DNA from: an uncultured Actinomycetota bacterium
Lineage (GTDB): Bacteria > Actinomycetota > Actinomycetes > Streptosporangiales > Streptosporangiaceae
Direction: 5' to 3'
Assembly: GCA_963844655.1 (NCBI GenBank)
Contig: CAWJPA010000006.1
Coordinates: 667,633 to 731,632, forward strand
DNA length: 64,000 nucleotides
The notes beneath the pieces are model-generated. The model did not search any database, was not told where the DNA came from, and saw nothing but the letters and a program-made list of their open reading frames with translations. Both the position numbers and the translations under genes were made by a program. Shown here in pieces: positions 54,720 to 63,765 of the stretch (position 1 is its first letter; every line of letters starts with the position of its first letter).

Positions 54720-55646
54720 ATGGCGGATGACGCGGAGCTTGTCCTCAAGGCCGCACAGCGGCTCGAGCAGGCCTGGCAGCACGGGGTCACGGTCGGCGAC
54801 GTGATAGTCGCCCTGACGTACCGCTGCGTGTTCGTCACCGCGCGGCCTGACGGCACTCCCGTCGTGGTCAAGGCGGACACCAGACCCGGCCACATCGCCG
54901 CGGAGCGGCACATCACGCTGGCCGCGCGGGCGGCCGGAGTGCCCGGGCCGGCCGTCGTCCCGGCCCAGGACCTCGTGCCAGGCGACCACGGGGCGCCGCC
55001 GCTGCTCGTGCTGGAGTACGTGCCGGGCCGGCCGCTCGGGCCCGACGCGACCGCCTCGGCCTGGGCCGAGGCCGGCCGGGTGCTCAGGCGGCTGCACGCC
55101 ATGGCCGACCCGGGCGGGCTCAAGCCCTGGCCCGAGCGGCCGCCCGATGCGGGCGTGGGCTCGGGGCTGCCGCTGCGGTCGGTGCTGGCCGGCCACGCCG
55201 CGCGCGAGGCGGCGGGCACGGTCAAGCGGGGCCTGCTCTCGTCCGAGCAGGCCGCCAGGCTCGGCCGTCTGCTCGGCGAGGCCTTCAGCCGGGCCGAGGC
55301 GCGCAGCACCGAGCACCCGGCGAACAGCAGGGTGCTGCACGGCGACTGCCAGCCCGACCACTTCCTGCTCGCCGGCCACGCCGGGCACATCGCGGCCGTG
55401 CTCGACCTGGGGGACGCCTGCACCGGGGACCCGGTGTGGGATCTGGCTGTGCTCACGCTCGACCACCCCGGCCGGATGGACGATGTGCTGGCCGGGTACG
55501 CCCCGCCGCCCGAGCTGGCCCGCCGGCTGGCTGCGCTGGCCGGGCCCTACCGGCTGCTGCGCTGGCTGAGCGAAGCGAGCTGGCTCCACGATCACGGGTA
55601 CGACCCGGGGCCGAGCATTGCGCCGGTCCGCGCGGTGGCCGGCTAA
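54720..55646 (+). CDS. phosphotransferase enzyme family protein (APH/choline kinase-like)
   Basis: Brenner motif VLHGDCQPDHF and the metal-binding AVLDLGDACTGDPVWDLA. Confidence 0.8.
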   Translation: MADDAELVLKAAQRLEQAWQHGVTVGDVIVALTYRCVFVTARPDGTPVVVKADTRPGHIAAERHITLAARAAGVPGPAVVPAQDLVPGDHGAPPLLVLEYVPGRPLGPDATASAWAEAGRVLRRLHAMADPGGLKPWPERPPDAGVGSGLPLRSVLAGHAAREAAGTVKRGLLSSEQAARLGRLLGEAFSRAEARSTEHPANSRVLHGDCQPDHFLLAGHAGHIAAVLDLGDACTGDPVWDLAVLTLDHPGRMDDVLAGYAPPPELARRLAALAGPYRLLRWLSEASWLHDHGYDPGPSIAPVRAVAG

Positions 55647-55732
55647 TCCGCCCGGAAGCCGTGGCCGACCCTCCCGCCTGCCTCGGCCGATGTATATGGC
55701 TGGTGCCCTAGCGCTGCTAGAGTGTTAAACAT

Positions 55733-55770
55733 ACCGATACGCGCGAATTATTACTTGACGCGATATCGGT
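55733..55770. promoter_or_regulatory. inverted repeat ACCGATACGCG / CGCGATATCGGT enclosing a TTGACG hexamer, upstream of the CYTH-CHAD gene
   Basis: Arms at 55733-55743 and 55759-55770 (one indel between arms), with TTGACG at 55755-55760. The surrounding 100 nt are markedly AT-rich. Confidence 0.4.
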
Positions 55771-55804
55771 CTTCTTCTATTTCCCATTCGGGTGAGGGTC
55801 TGGA

Positions 55805-57409
55805 TTGCAGCAAGGCGTGCTACGGCAGTTCGTGCTTCACGGCCACAACGGGACATCCCCCGATAAGGTCCTGAAGCTGCCGGGATCGGCCTTCGCGATG
55901 TCCGACGCGGCCAGGTCCACCACGCTCCGGCGGCTGTGGCTCGACACCTTCGACTGGCGGCTCTACCGCTCCGGCCTCACCCTGGAGCAGGTCAGCAGCC
56001 GCGGCACCACCGAACTGGTGCTCACCGGCCGGGACGGAAGCGTCATCGCCAGCGATCACGTGGTGCGCCACAGGGCCGGGGCCGGCGCCGGCGTCGCGGG
56101 CGGGAACGGGCGGGCCGCCCGGTGGCCAGGGCCGCTGGGGTCCCTGCCGCTTGGGCCGCTGCGGGACCACATCGCCCCGGTCGTCGGCGTGCGCGCGCTG
56201 CTGCCGGTGGCCCGGGCGGTCAGCACCGTGCGTGACTGCCGGGTGCTGAACGCCGACGACAAGACGATCGCCCGGATCACCGTGGACCGCATGGCGGTCA
56301 CCTACCCGGCGGCCGGTGAGGTGCCGCCGCGGGTGGTGGTGACCGCGCTGCGCGGCTATCTGGCCGAGGCGCAGCGGGTCTCCGACCTGCTGGCCGGGAT
56401 ACCGGGGGTAGCCGGCGGCAGCCAGTCCGGGCTGGAAGCCGCGCTGGCCGCGGCGGGCCGGCGGCCCGGCGACTACACCGGCAAGGTCGACGTCAGGCTC
56501 TCGCCGCGGATGCCGGCGGCGGTAGCCCTGGCCGCGGTGCTGAGCTCGCTGTTCGACACCATTGAGGCCAATGTCGGCGGCACGGTACGCGATGTGGACA
56601 CCGAGTTCCTGCATGACCTGCGGATCGCGGTGCGGCGGACCAGGACCGCGCTGAAGCTGGCCGGGGACGTCCTGCCCAGCGGCGTGGCCGCCCGGTTCCG
56701 GGCGGAGTTCAAGTGGCTGGGCGACCTGACCACTCCCACCCGGGATCTCGACGTCTACCTGCTTGGCTACCCGGACATGGCCGAAGGCCTGATCGCGGCC
56801 ACGCCCGAGGAGCTCAAGCCGTTCCACGACCACCTGCGGCGCAGCCGGGCCGGGGAGCAGCGGGAGCTGGCCAAAGGGCTGCGTTCCGCCCGGTTCGCAC
56901 GGCTCCGGCGGGAGTGGCGGGAGGTCCTGGCCACGGCCGCGACGACGGCCACGCGCCCGTCCGCCGCGCGGCTGGCCGGCAGCCGGATCGCCCGCGCGCA
57001 CCGCCGGGTGCTGCGTGACGGCAACGCGATCACGCCCTCGTCGCCTCCGGAGAGGCTGCACGAGCTGCGGAAGCGCTGCAAGGAACTGCGTTACCTGCTG
57101 GAGTTCTTCGGCTCGCTGTACGACCCGGGAGAGCACTGGCGGGCGGTCAGGGACCTGAAGGCGCTGCAGGACTGCCTCGGCGAGTTCCAGGACACACAGG
57201 TGCAGCACGATGAGATCCGGGCCCTCGCCGACCAGATGATGGCACGACGGGCCGCGCCCGCGGCTACGCTGCTGGCGATGGGCGAGATCGCGGTCGGGCT
57301 CGCGGCCCGGCAGCGGAAGGCGCGCAGCGAGTTCGCCGGCCGGTTCCGCGATTTCGCCAGCCCGGCCAGCCAGAGCCGGATCCGGACCCTCATCGGGGCA
57401 GCAGCATGA
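55805..57409 (+). CDS. CYTH and CHAD domain-containing protein
   Basis: The N-terminal CYTH-like segment includes LRRLWLDTFDWRLYRSGLTLEQV. The CHAD helices carry the typical basic motifs LHDLRIAVRRTRTALKL and LHELRKRCKELRYLLEFF. The start is TTG 55805 or GTG 55817. Confidence 0.85.
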   Translation: MQQGVLRQFVLHGHNGTSPDKVLKLPGSAFAMSDAARSTTLRRLWLDTFDWRLYRSGLTLEQVSSRGTTELVLTGRDGSVIASDHVVRHRAGAGAGVAGGNGRAARWPGPLGSLPLGPLRDHIAPVVGVRALLPVARAVSTVRDCRVLNADDKTIARITVDRMAVTYPAAGEVPPRVVVTALRGYLAEAQRVSDLLAGIPGVAGGSQSGLEAALAAAGRRPGDYTGKVDVRLSPRMPAAVALAAVLSSLFDTIEANVGGTVRDVDTEFLHDLRIAVRRTRTALKLAGDVLPSGVAARFRAEFKWLGDLTTPTRDLDVYLLGYPDMAEGLIAATPEELKPFHDHLRRSRAGEQRELAKGLRSARFARLRREWREVLATAATTATRPSAARLAGSRIARAHRRVLRDGNAITPSSPPERLHELRKRCKELRYLLEFFGSLYDPGEHWRAVRDLKALQDCLGEFQDTQVQHDEIRALADQMMARRAAPAATLLAMGEIAVGLAARQRKARSEFAGRFRDFASPASQSRIRTLIGAAA

Positions 57410-58176
57410 AGATCTTCGCGACCTACAACATCAAGGGCGGGGTGGGCAAGACAGCCACCGCGGTCAACCTCAGCTACCTGGCGGCCCGCGACGGCTACCG
57501 GGTCCTGCTCTGGGATCTGGACCCGCAGGGCGCGGCGAGCTTCCTGTTCCGGATCAAGCCGCGGGTCAAGGGCGGCGGCAAGGCCCTGATCCGCGGCACC
57601 CGGTCCATGGACAACGCGATCAAGGCCACCGACTTCGACAACCTGGACCTGCTGCCCGCGGACTTCACCTACCGGAACCTGGACCTGGTGCTGGACGCCG
57701 CGAAGAAGCCCGCGCGCCGGATCGCGAGCCTGCTCTCGCCGCTGAGCGCCGAGTACGATGTGATCTTCCTGGACTGCCCGCCGGGTATCTCGCTGCTGTC
57801 GGAGAGCGTGCTGGACGCCGCCGACACGCTGATCGTCCCGCTGATCCCGACCACGCTGTCGGTCAGGACCCTCGACCAGCTGACGGAGTTCATCAGCGAC
57901 TTCGGCGGCCGCAAGCCGTCGGTGGTGGCGTTCTTCTCCATGATCGACCGGCGCAAGCGGCTACACAGGGAGATCGCCGAGCAGCTGCCCACGCAGCGGT
58001 CCGATGTGGTGACGACCGCGGTCCCCGCCCTGTCGCTGATCGAGCGGATGTCCGTGCAGCGGGTCCCGGTGACAGCGTCCGCTCCGCGCAGCGTCGCCGC
58101 GCGGAGCTACGAGGAGCTGTGGCTGGAGACGCGCAAGCGGAGCGGGCTGCCCGATCCGCCCGACGACGCCTGGTGA
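57406..58176 (+). CDS. ParA/MinD-family P-loop ATPase (orphan)
   Basis: Deviant Walker A NIKGGVGKTATAV, and Walker B/A-prime VIFLDCPPG and LWDLDPQG. ATG 57406 overlaps the CHAD gene stop (ATGA). Confidence 0.9.
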   Translation: MKIFATYNIKGGVGKTATAVNLSYLAARDGYRVLLWDLDPQGAASFLFRIKPRVKGGGKALIRGTRSMDNAIKATDFDNLDLLPADFTYRNLDLVLDAAKKPARRIASLLSPLSAEYDVIFLDCPPGISLLSESVLDAADTLIVPLIPTTLSVRTLDQLTEFISDFGGRKPSVVAFFSMIDRRKRLHREIAEQLPTQRSDVVTTAVPALSLIERMSVQRVPVTASAPRSVAARSYEELWLETRKRSGLPDPPDDAW

Positions 58177-59391
58177 TCAGGCCGGCCCGGCCGCCGTCCA
58201 GCTGAGCGGCAGCTCGTCGATGCCGTAGATCCCCTCCACGCCGCCCAGGCGGGCCTCGCCCGCCGGGGCCAGCCCGGGCATCCGCGGCGCGAGGAACGCC
58301 AGCGCCTCCTCGAGTTCGGCGCGGGCCAGGTTGGAGCCCAGGCAGTAGTGCGGGCCCGCGCCGAAGGTGAGCAGCCGCCCGTCGCGTCCGGCCGTGATGT
58401 CGAACTCCTCGCCGCCGTCCTGCTCCCGGTTGGCCCGCTCGGCGCAGATCGCCACGATCGTGCCGGCCGGGAACGTGACCCCGCGGTGCTCGAGGTCGGC
58501 GGTGCAGATCCGTGCGGTGAACGGAGTGATCGGCTCGGCCCTGACCACCTCGTCGACCGCGCGCGGAACCAGGTCCGGCTGCCCGGCCAGCAGCTGCCAC
58601 TGGCGGGGATGCGCGGCGAACAGCCGCATCGCGTGGGACAGCTGGGCCTGGGTGGTGTCGATGCCGCCGGCGATGACGTTCAGCACCAGGTTGACGCACT
58701 CCTCGTGGGCCAGCCGGTCCCCGCTGTCCTCCACGGCCAGCAGCGCGGTGATCAGGTCGTCCCCGGGCTCGGCCCGCCGCTGCCGCAGCAGGTCCTCGAC
58801 GTAGCCCTGGAGCTCCACGACCGCGCGCTCGATCTCGGGTACCTGGCTGGACATCGCCTGAATGTCGAACTGCCGCTGCACCCGGCTGGACCACTCGTGC
58901 AGCTTGGGCGCGTCCCCGGCCGGGACGCCCAGCACGGCCGCGATGGTCAGCGAGGGGTAGGGCTTGGCCAGCGCGGCGACGAAGTCACAGGACGTGGCCT
59001 GGCCGATGGCCGCCCACAGCTGGCCGAGGAAGCCGCGCATGGCAGGCCGCCACCGGTCCGCGGCGCGGGGTGTGAAGGCGGGGCCCACCAGCGCGCGCAG
59101 CCGCCGGTGACGGTCGCCTTGCTGGTTGAGGATGTTGGCGTCGACCTGCTCCCGCAGCGGGCCGCTGGTGACCCCGAAGATGTCGGCGATCTCGCGGCCA
59201 GGAAACGACGCGGAGCGCGACCGGAGGAAGAACTCGCCCGCCTCGCGGTCGAGCACGATGAACGCCAGCGGCGAGCTGGCCAGCCAGCCCTGCTCCCGCA
59301 GCTCGGCGAGCCGCTGGTGGTAGCCGTCACCGGCCAGCTCGCCCGAGGTCAGGTCGATGACGGGCAGCTCGAGATCGGTCACGAGAGTCAT
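58177..59391 (-). CDS. cytochrome P450
   Basis: Heme loop FGAGPHYCLG, I-helix AGGIDTT, and an ExxR-like VDEVVR. Confidence 0.92.
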   Translation of the reverse strand: MTLVTDLELPVIDLTSGELAGDGYHQRLAELREQGWLASSPLAFIVLDREAGEFFLRSRSASFPGREIADIFGVTSGPLREQVDANILNQQGDRHRRLRALVGPAFTPRAADRWRPAMRGFLGQLWAAIGQATSCDFVAALAKPYPSLTIAAVLGVPAGDAPKLHEWSSRVQRQFDIQAMSSQVPEIERAVVELQGYVEDLLRQRRAEPGDDLITALLAVEDSGDRLAHEECVNLVLNVIAGGIDTTQAQLSHAMRLFAAHPRQWQLLAGQPDLVPRAVDEVVRAEPITPFTARICTADLEHRGVTFPAGTIVAICAERANREQDGGEEFDITAGRDGRLLTFGAGPHYCLGSNLARAELEEALAFLAPRMPGLAPAGEARLGGVEGIYGIDELPLSWTAAGPA

Positions 59392-59406
59392 CTGGCTCCC
59401 CAGGTA

Positions 59407-60420
59407 TCAGTCCAGCTCACGGATGAAGCCGATCATGGCCTCGCTGACCTCGGCGGGTCGTTCCTGCTGGGTCCAGTGGCCGCAGCCGTCCAGCAGGACC
59501 GGCTCGCGCAGCTGGGGCGCGCAGTCGCGCAGGCCCGGCAGGATATTCGGCCCGCCGGAGAAGGCGACGACCAGGTCCCGGTCCCCCGCGACATACAGAG
59601 CAGGCACGGTGACCGGCGCGTGGTGCCAGGGGGCGGTGAGCTCCCAGTTGCGGTCGAGGTTCCGGTACCAGTTCAGCGGTCCAGTGAACCCGGAGCCGGC
59701 GTACTCGGCGACGAACGTGTCGATATCCTCGCTGGTCAGCCACGCGGGCAGGGACGGCGTTGCGGGCTGGCCCGGCACCAGGGGCGGCTCGGCGCAGACG
59801 TCGAGCAGGCCGCCGCCTGGTGGCACGACCGCCATCCCGGGCGGGCCGTCACCGGACGCGCTGTACAGCAGCCGGGTGAAGGTCTGCCGCGGATCCCGGC
59901 TCAGCTCCGCGTCGGCCACGCCAGGCTGCTGGAAGTAGACCATGTAGAAGCCGTCCCCGATGGAGTCCCGCATGGCCGGAATCGGCCGGCGGTTCCCCCG
60001 CGGCCGGTAGGGCACGCTGAGCCCGACCACCCCGCGGACCCGGTCCGGGCGCAGCAGCGCCGTGTGCCAGGCCACCGGGGCGCCCCAGTCGTGCCCGGCC
60101 ACCACGGCCGACGGCTCGCCGAGGGCGTCGAGCAGCGCGATCACGTCCCCGGTCAGGTGCAGGATCGTGTACTCGTCCACGGCCTGGGGACCGCCGGTCC
60201 GGCCGTAGCCGCGCTGATCCGGCGCGACCGCGTGGTAGCCGGCCTCGGCCAGGGCGACGAGCTGATGGCGCCAGGAATACCAGCACTCGGGAAAGCCGTG
60301 CAGCAGCACCACCAGCGGCCCGGAGCCTGCCTCTGCAACATGCATGCGGAGCCCGCGCGCGTCGACAAACCGGTGGCTTATCCCGCTTATACCGCCCGGA
60401 CCAGGGTCCTCACGCACCAT
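59407..60420 (-). CDS. alpha/beta-fold epoxide hydrolase
   Basis: HGFPECWYSWRHQ (oxyanion HGxP), nucleophile GHDWGA, and C-terminal GCGHWTQQE. ATG 60420. Its stop is 15 nt upstream of the P450 start. Confidence 0.85.
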   Translation of the reverse strand: MVREDPGPGGISGISHRFVDARGLRMHVAEAGSGPLVVLLHGFPECWYSWRHQLVALAEAGYHAVAPDQRGYGRTGGPQAVDEYTILHLTGDVIALLDALGEPSAVVAGHDWGAPVAWHTALLRPDRVRGVVGLSVPYRPRGNRRPIPAMRDSIGDGFYMVYFQQPGVADAELSRDPRQTFTRLLYSASGDGPPGMAVVPPGGGLLDVCAEPPLVPGQPATPSLPAWLTSEDIDTFVAEYAGSGFTGPLNWYRNLDRNWELTAPWHHAPVTVPALYVAGDRDLVVAFSGGPNILPGLRDCAPQLREPVLLDGCGHWTQQERPAEVSEAMIGFIRELD

Positions 60421-60573
60421 GACGGGAGAATAACGGCGCGCCAGAGCATGCAGGAAGACCCCTGCGTGGCGACGAGGAGCAGCGTAACGTTTCTTTATGG
60501 CTAATTGCAGGTACATGCGGGTCGACACGGCTCATGGTGTACTTCAGCGGTTTGCTCTAGCCGAGGGGGGTTC

Positions 60574-61080
60574 GTGGGCCGCAGGCTGCTTCGCCTAGAA
60601 ATACCGGTCTTCCCGGAACGGGGACTGTTCTGGGTTCATGACCCGACCGTGGACCCGGATGCGCCGGGGGGCCCGCCGCTGCCCGCGTCGTCGCTGATCA
60701 GCGCCAACCGCGATCAGATGCTCGTGGCGTGCGCCCAGGAGCACATCGGCGTTCAGCTCACGGTCGAGGAGTGGGAGGACGCGCCGCCCCCGTTCAGTGA
60801 CGGTTTCGAGGACGACGCGAAGTGCGTGCTGTATCTGCGTGGCCGGCTGAGCGTAGCCGACCTGAACCATTCTGACGCCGCGGTGAGCGGCATCCGCCTG
60901 GCCGGCGGGGTGGGCGACTACGGCGTCCGCGTCTACACCCGCAACCGCACCGAAGCCGTCCGGCGCTATGCCGCGCTGTTCAAGATGAACGCCGACCCGC
61001 TTGGCGACGAGTTCCAGCAGGCGAGAAAGCAGCTTGAGGGGCTGGAGCAGTACCTGGTGCAGCTCTGGCGCGAGTCCTAG
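60574..61080 (+). CDS. hypothetical protein
   Basis: GTG 60574 is preceded by GAGGGGGG. 168 aa with ordinary composition, ending ...EFQQARKQLEGLEQYLVQLWRES. I recognise no family. Confidence 0.5.
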   Translation: MGRRLLRLEIPVFPERGLFWVHDPTVDPDAPGGPPLPASSLISANRDQMLVACAQEHIGVQLTVEEWEDAPPPFSDGFEDDAKCVLYLRGRLSVADLNHSDAAVSGIRLAGGVGDYGVRVYTRNRTEAVRRYAALFKMNADPLGDEFQQARKQLEGLEQYLVQLWRES

Positions 61081-61113
61081 GGCCCGGCCGTCAGGCGGGC
61101 CGGCCTAACCCGG

Positions 61114-61428
61114 TCAGGGCGATGCGCTGGCCCGGTGCACAGACGGGGCCACGGACTGGCTCACGCCGGGCTGGGAGGTGGACCGTCCCCCGCTGCCGCG
61201 TTCGCTGCCGGTGCGGAACGGCGTCAGCGCGTACACCACCATCGAGACCGCGGCGATCATGATCAGAGCCAGGCAGGAGAGCACGATCCGCATCCGCCGC
61301 GATCGCATGAGCGCGGCCAGCCCCGGCCGCCCGAACGAGGTCAGCCTGGACGCCAGCAGAGGATCGTCACCGGCAAGCTTGCGCTCCATCTCGTCCAGGA
61401 TGCGCTGCTCGTCCATGGACAGAGCCAT
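61114..61428 (-). CDS. DUF3040 domain-containing membrane protein
   Basis: MALSMDEQRILDEMERKLAGDDPLLASRL followed by one TM helix (IVLSCLALIMIAAVSMVVYAL). ATG 61428 is preceded by GGAGG. Confidence 0.75.
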   Translation of the reverse strand: MALSMDEQRILDEMERKLAGDDPLLASRLTSFGRPGLAALMRSRRMRIVLSCLALIMIAAVSMVVYALTPFRTGSERGSGGRSTSQPGVSQSVAPSVHRASASP

Positions 61429-61700
61429 GGCCACCTCCGAACCACGTCCAGCCACCGCTGCCGAACCCGGCAGGGGGGCGGGGATCCCGCTTCTACTATC
61501 CCCCGCTGATTAAGCTTTTACCCGCACTTTGCCACCGGACCGCCCGGTAAGTCACCCCCCACAATGAGGTAGATGTTCTGCCCGGCCTGACCGTCCGCCG
61601 CGGTGGCACCCGAGCCGGTACGGCAACACGCCCGCCCGGGCCACCGCTCACCCTCACCCCGCCGCCCGCGCGACACGCGCCCGGCACCATCGAATACCTG

Positions 61701-61729
61701 TTTGCCTGCTCGAACAATTATTCTAGACT
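61701..61729 (+). promoter_or_regulatory. candidate promoter TTTGCC-17-TAGACT, 7 nt before ATG 61737 (leaderless)
   Basis: Hexamers at 61701-61706 and 61724-61729. No SD is possible. Confidence 0.45.
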
Positions 61730-61736
61730 GAGCCGC

Positions 61737-62864
61737 ATGCGATGGGACAACCTGCGTCTCGACGGCAGTGACCCGGATAACGGCGGCCCGGGCAACGACG
61801 ACCCGGGCAACAGGGGCCCGGCCGGCCGTGCCTCCCGGCCCGCGCAGGCGCCGGCCCTGTTCGAGCGGGACGCGGTGGCCAGGACGTTCGACACCCCGGG
61901 GTTCCGCGGCATGACGTTCTTTGAGGTCCACGCCAAGTCGATCATCAACCAGGTTCCGCCGGCCTCCCGCATGGCGTTCCGCTGGACCATAAATCCCTAC
62001 CGGGGTTGTAGTCATTCCTGCACGTACTGTTTTGCTCGGAGCACGCACAGTTACCTCGACCTGGATACCGGCGCGGACTTCAACTCGAAGATCGTGGTCA
62101 AGGTGAACGCGCCCGAGCTGGCCCGCAAGGAGCTCGCGGCGCCGAAGTGGCAGGGCGAGCACGTGGCCATGGGCACCAACGTGGACTGCTACCAGCGTGC
62201 CGAGGGCCGCTACCGGCTGATGCCGGGCATCATCGGCGCGCTGCGCGACGCAGGGAACCCGTTCTCGATCCTGACCAAGGGCACGCTGATCCTGCGCGAC
62301 CTGGACCTGCTGGCCGAGGCCGCCGAGGTCACCGACGTCGGCCTCAACGTCTCGGTCGGCTTCACCGACCGCGAGCTGTCGCGGTCGGTGGAGCCCGGTA
62401 CGCCCAGCCCCGAGGCCCGGCTCGGGATCTGCTCCGCGTTCACCGAGCGCGGTCTGCGCTGCGGGGTACTCATGGGCCCGGTCCTGCCCTATCTCACCGA
62501 CGCCCCCGGGCAGCTCGAGGCCACCGTGCGGCTGATCGCGGAGACGGGCGCCGTGCACGTCACCCCGATCGTGCTGCACCTGCGCCCCGGTGCGCGGGAG
62601 TGGTTCCTGCGCTGGCTGGGCGAGAACTACCCGGAGCTGGTCAAGCCGTACCTCAGCCTGTACGGGCGGGGGGCGTATACACCCAAGGCCTACCAGCAGC
62701 AGATAGCCGGACAGGTCAGGGAGCTTGCGGTGCGCTACGGCGTCGGGCGGTCGAGCCCGGCCGGGGCCCGCCGCATCGGGCCGCCGCGCTCGCAGCAACA
62801 GTCGCCGCCCGCTGCGAGCGCGGCATCAGAGCCGGCCGGCGCCGTTCAGCTGTCGCTGCTGTGA
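61737..62864 (+). CDS. radical SAM protein, Rv2578c family
   Basis: NPYRGCSHSCTYCFAR (a CxxxCxxC cluster in the context typical of this family). The N-terminal ~45 aa are low complexity. Confidence 0.85.
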   Translation: MRWDNLRLDGSDPDNGGPGNDDPGNRGPAGRASRPAQAPALFERDAVARTFDTPGFRGMTFFEVHAKSIINQVPPASRMAFRWTINPYRGCSHSCTYCFARSTHSYLDLDTGADFNSKIVVKVNAPELARKELAAPKWQGEHVAMGTNVDCYQRAEGRYRLMPGIIGALRDAGNPFSILTKGTLILRDLDLLAEAAEVTDVGLNVSVGFTDRELSRSVEPGTPSPEARLGICSAFTERGLRCGVLMGPVLPYLTDAPGQLEATVRLIAETGAVHVTPIVLHLRPGAREWFLRWLGENYPELVKPYLSLYGRGAYTPKAYQQQIAGQVRELAVRYGVGRSSPAGARRIGPPRSQQQSPPAASAASEPAGAVQLSLL

Positions 62865-63286
62865 CCCGCTGACACCACGGGCAGGCCCGCCGCCTGCCAG
62901 GCCAGGAAGCCGCCGTCCAGGTCGGTGGCGCGGCGGACGCCGAGGTCCTGCAGGGCCGCGGCGGCGAGGCTCGAGGTAAAGCCCGCGGAGCAGAAGACGA
63001 TCACGTGGGCGTCGTAGCCGGCCTGGGGCAGCCTCGCGGCCGCGGCCGGGTCGAAGCGCCACTCCAGCACGTTGCGCTCCACGATCACGGCCCCGGGGAT
63101 CTCGCCCTCGGCGGCGCGCTGCGCGGCCGGGCGGATGTCCACGAGCACCGCGCCGTCGCTCATCGCCCGCAGAGTCTGCTCCGGGGTCAGGCGGCCGAGG
63201 CGGACCCGTGCGTCGGCGAGGATCTGGTCGATGGTCCGGCTGCCCGGGGGCGGCGATGCGATCACCATCGCTGGAGCGTAGTTCAC
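62846..63286 (-). CDS. rhodanese-like sulfurtransferase domain protein
   Basis: Active-site loop VIVFCSAGFTSS and LVDIRP...EG.IPGA. GTG 63286 overlaps the upstream stop (GTGA). Confidence 0.8.
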   Translation of the reverse strand: MNYAPAMVIASPPPGSRTIDQILADARVRLGRLTPEQTLRAMSDGAVLVDIRPAAQRAAEGEIPGAVIVERNVLEWRFDPAAAARLPQAGYDAHVIVFCSAGFTSSLAAAALQDLGVRRATDLDGGFLAWQAAGLPVVSAGHSSDS

Positions 63287-63765
63287 CAGTCCTGCTCCGC
63301 GCTCTGGGTTCCGGTGTGCACCAGGCCGGAGGCGGTCAGCTCGTACCGGCGCATGGCGGTGAGCGGCGGCGAATAGGCGTGCACGGTGATGGCCGGCTCG
63401 GCGGAGACGTTGGCCACGTCGTGCACGTACTGCGGGCCGAACGACCGGCTGCTGCCCGCCGCGACGACACGCTCGGTGACCGCCGGCCGCGCGGTGGTGA
63501 CCGCCCGCTCGCGCACCCGGCCCTGCGCCACCGCGAACGCCCCGGCCGCGTCCCCATGGTCGTGGAAGCCGGTGCCCTGCCCCCGCATCCAGGTCAGCAG
63601 CCAGATCTCGTGGTCATCCGCCAGCTCCAGGCGGTGGTACCAGCGCCGCCCTGCGTCGAAGCGCACCACACCGCTCCAGCAGCGCGGCTCGGCCGCCACG
63701 GCGGCCACGATCTGGCCGAGACGGGCCGGGCTCAGCGCGGGGGCCGTGTGGCGCAGAAGAGTCAT
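63283..63765 (-). CDS. cysteine dioxygenase type I-like cupin protein
   Basis: Cupin metal motif GTGFHDHGDAAGAF and later VHDV..., 160 aa. ATG 63765 is preceded by AGGAGA. Confidence 0.75.
   Translation of the reverse strand: MTLLRHTAPALSPARLGQIVAAVAAEPRCWSGVVRFDAGRRWYHRLELADDHEIWLLTWMRGQGTGFHDHGDAAGAFAVAQGRVRERAVTTARPAVTERVVAAGSSRSFGPQYVHDVANVSAEPAITVHAYSPPLTAMRRYELTASGLVHTGTQSAEQDW

Noticed and set aside
58348-60504. 718-aa plus-strand ORF across the P450 and epoxide hydrolase genes
   Set aside because: It has Arg/Gly/Pro/Ala/Asp/His-rich antisense composition, while the minus frames carry the FGAGPHYCLG heme loop and the HGFPECWYSWRHQ motif.
58177-63765. Secondary-metabolite biosynthetic gene cluster (P450, epoxide hydrolase, radical SAM, cupin)
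   Set aside because: There is no PKS, NRPS, terpene synthase, RiPP precursor or other core enzyme. The genes are on different strands with unrelated conserved partners (DUF3040 with the Rv2578c-type radical SAM, cysteine dioxygenase with rhodanese).
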